From: Clostridiales bacterium GWB2_37_7 | GTDB taxonomy: Bacteria > Bacillota > Clostridia > Lutisporales > Lutisporaceae | Direction: 5' to 3' | Assembly (NCBI GenBank): GCA_001797185.1 | Contig: MGOS01000111.1 | Coordinates: 11,646 to 25,063, forward strand | Length of the DNA: 13,418 nt | Part shown: positions 8,208 through 13,418 of the stretch, piece after piece | How positions within the stretch are numbered: the first letter of the stretch is position 1 | Layout: each line of letters opens with the position of its first letter | The notes under the pieces: generated by a model | Told to the model about the DNA's origin: nothing | What the model saw: the letters and a program-made list of their open reading frames with translations, nothing else | Databases searched by the model: none | Position numbers and translations under genes: made by a program

Positions 8208-8295
8208 TGGAAGCGAGGAGAATCGAACCCCTGCGTGATCGTGCTTCAACCGATGCGACCACCAGCGCAGACAGTGATTTTACATTCCCTCTGCC
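8208..8295 (-). other. tRNA-like remnant on the minus strand. It has a canonical T-arm, an acceptor 3' strand and an anticodon-loop-like segment (GAA/Phe-like), but no pairing 5' acceptor strand. It is probably a pseudo-tRNA or integration-site relic.
   Basis: The minus strand reads ...GCATCGGTTGAAGCACGATCACGC-AGGGG-TTCGATT-CTCCT-CGCTTCC-A. The T-stem is AGGGG/CTCCT with one G-U pair, and the T-loop is TTCGATT (G53/T54/T55/C56 pattern). A 7-nt acceptor 3' strand and discriminator A follow, with no encoded CCA. Upstream, a 7-nt loop TTGAAGC with U33 and purine 37 sits between partial stems ATCGG/ACGAT. The expected 5' acceptor strand GGAAGCG is absent (AAATCAC instead) and the D-arm is irregular. 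Confidence 0.45.
8221..8286. repeat. Right copy of the ~65-bp direct repeat, contiguous with a tRNA-like 3' half
   Basis: AATCGAACCCCTGCGTGATCGTGCTTCAACCGATGCGACCACCAGCGCAGACAGTGATTTTACATT. See the left-copy entry for the comparison. Confidence 0.65.
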
Positions 8296-8527
8296 ATATG
8301 CGCCGACCTCAGACTTACAGCTTTAGTAGCTTCATAATGCGTTATCTGTCTCAAAGCTTTGACAATAACGTTCACCTCTAAATGACGCCTTATCCTAAAG
8401 TGAGGTAACAAAAAGTAAGACGAGCAGCCTAAGCTGCTAACGCGTAATTGACCTTTGCATTTAATATAATTTTCCAGCTTTTTAAAGTAACCCTGGGACC
8501 ACCGCTCGCTACCTCGATAACATTGTG

Positions 8528-8559
8528 GGACAAGGAACCTCTTTGTCCTTTCTATCTCC
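8528..8559 (+). terminator. Terminator- or attenuator-like hairpin (GGACAAGGA-ACC-TCTTTGTCC) followed by TTTCTATCTCC. It lies in the long 5' leader of the sugar-modification cluster.
   Basis: 9-bp stem (one G-U pair), 3-nt loop and a T-rich tail on the plus strand. Confidence 0.3.
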
Positions 8560-8711
8560 AATCAGCCACCAAGCGTGCAATTCGGTCAGCATCCTGAGTT
8601 CCTTGAAGATTATCTTCCACACAATGTAAGTAGCACTTTTTATGAGTGGTGAATATACTAATATATGGTGCGACCACATATAATTTAGTATGTAATTGAG
8701 AGGGATTTGCA

Positions 8712-9674
8712 ATGATTAAGCTTGCTTTGATAGGCTGTGGAAAATGGGGAAAGAATTATTTGAAAACCGTAACTGCAATAGAGGGCAGTGAATTGAAGTG
8801 GGCCTGCGACCTTGATGATCAAAAGCTAAATCAAGCCGCTCCTGCTTACCCAGAGACGATGTTCACTGAAAACAAAGCAGATATATTGAATGACAGTGAG
8901 GTGCAGGGGGTTATTATAGCCACAACACCGGTCAGCCATTACTTGCTGGCGAAGGAAGCAATAAACAAAGGCAAAGCTGTTCTCGTAGAAAAGCCTGTGA
9001 CAATTAACAGGGAAGACAGTAATGATCTGATTGAATTGGCTGCTGCACAAAATACCATATTGATGGCCGGCTACTCATTGATTTACCATCCTGCTGTCAA
9101 AAAGATAAAGGGGCTCCTGGAACAAAAAGATATTATTGATGAGCTATATTACTTGAACATGTCCAGAACCAGTTCTGCCTCTCAGGCTCTAAGCGTAGAT
9201 GTTCTTCATGATCTGGCAGTTCATGATATCTATCTTTCCCGCCACTTGATAGGGGTCGACCCCATCTGGGTAATTGCCCATGGGGAAAGTTACAGTAAAT
9301 CTTGTTATAACAACGTTATTAATATACTGATGGGTTTCCCGGATGGTAAAATAGCTTCTATATTTTCAAGTTTCATTCATACCGAAAAAACCAGGAAAAT
9401 TACACTGGTCGCATCAAAAACAAAATTAGTATTTGATGATACACAGACCACCGATAGAAAAATCCAACTCTTCGTTAATGGAGAGCTGGCGCATTTCTTG
9501 GCAGTAGAAGAAAATTTAGAACCTCTGACACAGGAGTGTCTTCATTTTATCGAATGCATTAGAGATAACAAGGAACCCCTTAGCGGCAGAGAAAATATAG
9601 ATTTTGTGGCAAAAATAACTGATTGCATTTCCGACTCTCTCGCAAAAGGCGGAGAAAAAGTCATCATCCGCTGA
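8712..9674 (+). CDS. Gfo/Idh/MocA-family NAD(P)-dependent oxidoreductase. It is probably a UDP-sugar 3-dehydrogenase of the GnnA/WbpB/NtdC type.
   Basis: N-terminal Rossmann motif MIKLALIGCGKWGKNY, 320 aa, RBS GAGAGGGA 7 nt before the ATG. It sits in a cluster with a DegT-family aminotransferase. Confidence 0.8.
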   Translation: MIKLALIGCGKWGKNYLKTVTAIEGSELKWACDLDDQKLNQAAPAYPETMFTENKADILNDSEVQGVIIATTPVSHYLLAKEAINKGKAVLVEKPVTINREDSNDLIELAAAQNTILMAGYSLIYHPAVKKIKGLLEQKDIIDELYYLNMSRTSSASQALSVDVLHDLAVHDIYLSRHLIGVDPIWVIAHGESYSKSCYNNVINILMGFPDGKIASIFSSFIHTEKTRKITLVASKTKLVFDDTQTTDRKIQLFVNGELAHFLAVEENLEPLTQECLHFIECIRDNKEPLSGRENIDFVAKITDCISDSLAKGGEKVIIR

Positions 9675-9715
9675 TGGAGACGGTAAGCATGATAATCAGA
9701 TAAGTGGGTGAAATT

Positions 9716-10702
9716 ATGTTGGTTGTAAAGAGCTATTCAAGAGAACTTGAGAATGAATGGGAGGGATTTGTCGATTCCTCAGTGAACGGCACTTTTATGC
9801 AGGAGAGAAAATTCCTGGGCTATCATCCTTCAGACAAGTTTTCAGATCATTCTCTGATATTTATTGAGGATAAGAAAATCATTGCCGTTCTTCCTGCTGC
9901 CGTAGTACAACAAGAGGATAAACGCATCCTATATTCTCACCCCGGTGCTTCCCATGGAGGGCTGATTATCAAGTCTAGTCTAAGCACTAAAAAATGCTTG
10001 AAGTTAGTAAGCGCCCTTATTGAATATTGTGCCATGACCGGTTTTGACTATATACGGCTAAAACCCGTTCCGAGGATTTACCATAGTGGGCTTTCGGACC
10101 AACTTGACTTTGCATTAAGGTTCTCGGGGTTTGAAATTGAGTATACAGAGCTGGCTACAGCCCTTGAGCTAAAGAAAGGCAAGAATCATTTTTTAAAGCA
10201 TGTGATGAGTTCCACCGCTTTGCGAAACTATCAAAAGGCACTGAAAAGTGGACTTTCGGTTATTGAAGATGCGGATATAAATGATTATTGGGCTGTGTTA
10301 GAGAAAAATCTTGAACTTAACCATAATGCAAAGCCTACACATACATTTAAGGAAATCAAATACTTAAAAGAACTTTATCCTGATAGGATCAAGCTCTTTG
10401 CTGCTTATAAAGGGTCAATCCTTACTGCGGGCGTTCTCGTGTTTTTACTGAACGAAAGAGTAATAAACTGTTTTTATATTGCCCACGACGACCGATACCA
10501 ACACATGCGGCCGTTAAATCTGGTTTTTGGTTATATGATGGAGTGGGGAGGTCAAAACAGTTTTTCTTATTTGGATTGGGGTATTTCCACTGAGGGAAAA
10601 GGAAGCCGGGTTAATACCGGGCTGTTCCAGTTCAAAGAAGGCTTTGGAGGTCATGGTGTGTTACGGGAAAGTTATTTGTATGACGTAAACAATACTAGAT
10701 AG
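9716..10702 (+). CDS. FemAB-like/GNAT-fold acyl- or aminoacyl-transferase family protein (Acetyltransf_6-like)
   Basis: The ~330-aa ORF has an N-terminus typical of the FemAB-like acetyltransferase fold (SRELENEWEGFVDSS...TFMQERKFLGYH). The start is ambiguous: ATG at 9716 (weak SD GGGTGA) or an in-frame GTG at 9704, as in the ORF track. Confidence 0.5.
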   Translation: MLVVKSYSRELENEWEGFVDSSVNGTFMQERKFLGYHPSDKFSDHSLIFIEDKKIIAVLPAAVVQQEDKRILYSHPGASHGGLIIKSSLSTKKCLKLVSALIEYCAMTGFDYIRLKPVPRIYHSGLSDQLDFALRFSGFEIEYTELATALELKKGKNHFLKHVMSSTALRNYQKALKSGLSVIEDADINDYWAVLEKNLELNHNAKPTHTFKEIKYLKELYPDRIKLFAAYKGSILTAGVLVFLLNERVINCFYIAHDDRYQHMRPLNLVFGYMMEWGGQNSFSYLDWGISTEGKGSRVNTGLFQFKEGFGGHGVLRESYLYDVNNTR

Positions 10703-10719
10703 TTTAGTGGGGTAGTGCA

Positions 10720-11415
10720 ATGAAAATAGCAGGTCATCAACCGAATTATATTCCCTGGCCGGGATACTTTGTTAAGATGGTACAGTGTGATATTTTTTTT
10801 ATTTTAGATACTGCTCAGTTTCAAAATGACGGTTCATTGGATAATAGGAATCTTATCAAAACTTCCCAAGGGACTCAGATGCTTACAGTGCCGGTCAAAC
10901 GTAAAGGCATGGGCTTGCAGCGATTTGATGAAGTTATTGTTATACCGGGTTGGAAAAGGGATCATCTTATGGCACTCAAAGTAAACTACGCAAAAGCACC
11001 TTATTTCGAAGAAGTTTTCCCGATGCTGGAGCAGGCATTGCAAGATACCGGGTATCTTATAGATACCAACATAGCTTTTATCAGGCTTGTACATGACCTG
11101 CTGGGACTGAAAACAAAGCTTGTTTTTGTATCAGATTTACCTCAATTTGCCGATCTTAGAAAAAGTGAACAGATCGCTGCAATCTGCCGCCACTTTTCTG
11201 CTGACTGTTACCTGTCCGGCGTTGGAGCGAAGGCATATATTCAACCCGAGATTTTTGAAGAACAAGGCATTCAGTTGGAATATCTGGCCTATCAGCCTGT
11301 TACATATCCACAGCTTTGGGGTAGCTTTATCCCTAATCTGTCTATCGTTGATATGTTATTTAACTGTGGGGCGGAGGACACACGCAAGCTTTTGTTGAGA
11401 GAGGTGCAAGTATGA
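10720..11415 (+). CDS. WbqC-like family protein, a common component of O-antigen/glycan clusters with unknown catalytic role
   Basis: 231 aa. The N-terminus MKIAGHQPNYIPWPGYF matches the conserved WbqC-family start (MKxAIxQPxYxPWxGYF), and the size fits. Confidence 0.65.
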   Translation: MKIAGHQPNYIPWPGYFVKMVQCDIFFILDTAQFQNDGSLDNRNLIKTSQGTQMLTVPVKRKGMGLQRFDEVIVIPGWKRDHLMALKVNYAKAPYFEEVFPMLEQALQDTGYLIDTNIAFIRLVHDLLGLKTKLVFVSDLPQFADLRKSEQIAAICRHFSADCYLSGVGAKAYIQPEIFEEQGIQLEYLAYQPVTYPQLWGSFIPNLSIVDMLFNCGAEDTRKLLLREVQV

Positions 11416-12386
11416 CCAGGGTACTGTTTTTTTCACATGATTTGAAATATACTCTTGGGCTGCCGCAGGGTTTTAGGGAACTGAACTGCCCTGTTTTTGT
11501 CCTGAGGGATTTAAGTAGAAGTTCTATAAAAGAGGCAGTTGACCACTTTAGGCCTGACCTTATGATAACAACGGGATGGGCTTACCGCCGGCATAAACGT
11601 GAGCATGTAGATGAATTGGTCAAAAGAGCTGCTAAATATAAGGTGAAACATGTCTATTGGGCAACTGAAGATCCAAGATGGACCCAAGAGTGTTCCTTCA
11701 AGTGTATTGAAATCTATAAACCTGATGCAGTTATGACCATACATCCTGATAGTGTAAATAAATACAGGGAGCTGGGGCTTCCTGCCAGGCATCTGGATTT
11801 TGGCTGCAATCGGTCGTTCAATAAGGTTGAACCTCCAAGCAGTAAATATAATTATGATGTGGCTTTAGTCGGAAACGGCGGCAAAGCCTGGGAATCCTAT
11901 CGGAAGGATAGCGTTCAGATACTTTTAAGGCCCTTGGTGGAAAGGGGCTATAACCTTGCGATCTGGGGCAAGAGATGGGACCGTTTCAACGAGGAGTTGA
12001 TGGGTTTTAAGCTTCCGAAGCATATGCTCAAGGGAGAGCTGCCCTATGAGGAAACCAACAAGGTTTATAATTCAGCCAAAATAATAATCGGTTTGCAAAA
12101 CGACCAAACAATGCTGACTTCCCGGACTTTTGAAGTACTGGGTTCAGGCGGGTTTTTGCTGACAGTATCTACGAAGTCCGTCAATCATTTGTTTACAAAC
12201 AATGTTCATCTGACATGTTCATCCTCCCCGGTCGATACAGTCAGGCTTGTTGATTACTATTTGAAAAATGAGGCGGAGCGTCATGCAATAGCACGAAACG
12301 GGCAGCAGGAGGTCTACTCAAAGCATACGTATAAGGAACGTGCCAGACAAATTCTTGATTTCTATAGTTTGGTTGAAAGGAATTGA
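11412..12386 (+). CDS. CgeB-type (Glyco_trans_1_2-like) glycosyltransferase family protein
   Basis: 324 aa. The C-terminal motif RTFEVLGSGGFLLT resembles the RxFEalacG signature of CgeB/DUF3880-type GT-B proteins. Its ATG overlaps the previous stop (ATGA) and is preceded by SD GAGAGAGGTG. Confidence 0.55.
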   Translation: MTRVLFFSHDLKYTLGLPQGFRELNCPVFVLRDLSRSSIKEAVDHFRPDLMITTGWAYRRHKREHVDELVKRAAKYKVKHVYWATEDPRWTQECSFKCIEIYKPDAVMTIHPDSVNKYRELGLPARHLDFGCNRSFNKVEPPSSKYNYDVALVGNGGKAWESYRKDSVQILLRPLVERGYNLAIWGKRWDRFNEELMGFKLPKHMLKGELPYEETNKVYNSAKIIIGLQNDQTMLTSRTFEVLGSGGFLLTVSTKSVNHLFTNNVHLTCSSSPVDTVRLVDYYLKNEAERHAIARNGQQEVYSKHTYKERARQILDFYSLVERN

Positions 12387-12387
12387 A

Positions 12388-13248
12388 ATGGATAATCAGA
12401 CAACTATTAAACAGAAGGTTTCTCTAATGGGTACTAGCATTACTGGCGAATCTGATGCAAAGGTTACTTTTTATCCAGCCCCGCCTAATACAGGTGTAAT
12501 ATTTATCCGTAATGACCTGCCAGGCTGCCCTAGAGTAAAATGTTCATTTGAAAATGCAAAGGTTGAGCATCGATGGACGTCGCTGATACATGAAAATATT
12601 CGTATTGTCCATACAGAGCATGCTCTGGCAGCAATTTCAGGGTTGGGGTTGACTAATGTATTTGTTGAGTTGGAACAGCCCAGCTTGCCTGTGACACCGG
12701 ATTACGGCAGTAAAGAGTTTGTACGGGTTCTCTTGGACGCTGGAATAGAAGAACAACAATTTATGCAGGAAAAGATTAAAATACGTAAGCCAATTATTAT
12801 TTTTAAAAGAGATAGATTTGAGAGCTTTAAAAATGAAAAGCTGCTGATAGCACTGCCATACGATGGGTTCAAGTTAACTTATATTCTTGATTATCCTAAT
12901 CTGCCGCTATTATATCAAAATGTTGAAATAGACATTAACCCCCAAACCGTTATTAAGGAATTAGCGGATGCTCGTTCTTATGTAATTGAATCGGAGTTTG
13001 AAGAAATGATAAGCTTGACCGGAAAGGTCAGCGCAAACGATCTGGTAGTCAGAACCGGAGCTGAACGAGGAGAATGGCAATGGCCAAATGAACCTGCCCG
13101 CCATAAAGCACTCGATCTTCTTGGGGACCTTAGCTTACTTGGGAAAAAGATTCAGGGGCACGTGATAGGTATCAGATCCGGTCACCGGTTAAACCACGAG
13201 TTATGCAAAAAAATTTATAGGGAGTGTAAAGATGATTGCTTTGGCTAA
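12388..13248 (+). CDS. lpxC: LpxC-family deacetylase (UDP-3-O-acyl-N-acetylglucosamine deacetylase fold)
   Basis: Strong motif-level match to LpxC: TIKQKVSLMGTSITGESDAKVTFYPAPPNTGVIFIRNDL; IVHTEHALAAISGLGL; ARHKALDLLGDLSLLG; GHVIGIRSGHRLNHEL. The preferred start is the ATG at 12388 with SD AAGGAA 5 nt upstream. The longer ORF from 12340 overlaps the preceding gene and lacks an SD. Confidence 0.85.
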   Translation: MDNQTTIKQKVSLMGTSITGESDAKVTFYPAPPNTGVIFIRNDLPGCPRVKCSFENAKVEHRWTSLIHENIRIVHTEHALAAISGLGLTNVFVELEQPSLPVTPDYGSKEFVRVLLDAGIEEQQFMQEKIKIRKPIIIFKRDRFESFKNEKLLIALPYDGFKLTYILDYPNLPLLYQNVEIDINPQTVIKELADARSYVIESEFEEMISLTGKVSANDLVVRTGAERGEWQWPNEPARHKALDLLGDLSLLGKKIQGHVIGIRSGHRLNHELCKKIYRECKDDCFG

Positions 13249-13418
13249 ACCCATGCTTGGTATAGAGGAAAAAATACTTGTCAATGAAGTTCTTTCCAGT
13301 GGAAAGCTAGCCCAGGGAGAATATGTGGAAAGGTTTGAACGGGACTTTGCCGTATTCCAGGGCAGTAAGCATTGCGTCGCCACTTCTTCAGGAACCTCGG
13401 CCCTTCACGGGGCACTGC
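13231..13418 (+). CDS. DegT/DnrJ/EryC1/StrS-family PLP-dependent sugar aminotransferase, truncated at the window edge
   Basis: MIALAKPMLGIEEKILVNEVLSSGKLAQGEYVERFERDFAVFQGSKHCVATSSGTSALHGAL matches the N-terminus of the ArnB/WbpE/GnnB-type aminotransferases. SD AGGGAG lies 8 nt before the ATG. Confidence 0.8.

Noticed and set aside
8208-8295. A complete functional tRNA-Phe gene on the minus strand
   Set aside because: The T-arm, acceptor 3' strand and a GAA anticodon-like loop are present. However, the 5' acceptor strand reads AAATCAC rather than GGAAGCG, the anticodon stem has a G-A mismatch and no regular D-arm can be drawn. It is therefore scored as a relic, not a tRNA.
8448-8470. TTGACC ... 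TATAAT promoter-like pair in the leader
   Set aside because: The spacer is only 11 nt, which is incompatible with a sigma-70-type promoter.
8280-8712. Minus-strand ORFs 8280..8561 (93 aa) and 8509..8712 (67 aa) in the intergenic leader
   Set aside because: Neither has an SD. The first runs through the terminator-like hairpin into the repeat, and the second abuts the start codon of the oxidoreductase gene on the other strand. They are more likely noncoding regulatory sequence.
10834-11792. Minus-strand ORFs 10834..11094 and 11511..11792 and plus-strand ORF 11120..11398
   Set aside because: They lie antisense or out of frame inside the WbqC-like and CgeB-like genes, which are recognisable family members.
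12340-12387. Upstream extension of the LpxC-like ORF to 12340 (MPDKFLISIVWLKGIE...)
   Set aside because: The extension overlaps the preceding gene by 47 nt and lacks an SD. By contrast, the ATG at 12388 has AAGGAA at ideal spacing, and the LpxC N-terminal alignment begins there.
13201-13383. Minus-strand ORF 13201..13383 (60 aa)
   Set aside because: It lies antisense to the well-supported DegT-family aminotransferase start and the LpxC 3' end, so it is a shadow ORF.
1-13418. CRISPR arrays, IS elements, integrase or recombinase genes
   Set aside because: There are no short regularly spaced repeats, no terminal inverted repeats and no tyrosine or serine recombinase-like ORF. The only repeats are the two ~65-bp direct copies.

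Overview
The window splits into two parts. The left ~8 kb (324..8001, minus strand) is a tightly packed three-gene operon in the order NfeD-like membrane protein (YqiJ-type), unusually long flotillin/SPFH protein (YqiK/FloT-type), then a 1638-aa giant protein carrying a MoxR/AAA_5-type AAA+ ATPase domain near its C-terminus. The operon is bracketed by two diverged direct copies (~80% identity) of a ~65-bp sequence at 223..287 and 8221..8286. The right copy continues into a tRNA-like 3' half on the minus strand: a GGGGTTCGATTCTCC T-arm, a CGCTTCC-A acceptor 3' strand, and a TTGAAGC anticodon-like loop that would read Phe. No complete tRNA can be folded from it. This makes the operon look like a small accessory island inserted at, or built around, a tRNA-derived locus. 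It contains no integrase. The right ~4.7 kb (8712..13418, plus strand) is a nucleotide-sugar tailoring cluster of six genes: a Gfo/Idh/MocA oxidoreductase, a FemAB/GNAT-fold acyltransferase-like protein, a WbqC-family protein, a CgeB-type glycosyltransferase-like protein, a clear LpxC-family deacetylase, and a DegT/DnrJ/EryC1 aminotransferase truncated by the window edge. Strong AGGAG-type ribosome binding sites, ~40% GC and a tRNA fragment lacking an encoded CCA suggest a Bacillota-like genome, possibly a diderm one given LpxC. The most interesting candidate is the NfeD-flotillin-giant AAA+ module, a membrane-microdomain scaffold coupled to an uncharacterised ~190-kDa ATPase, as a possible novel membrane stress or defence system.
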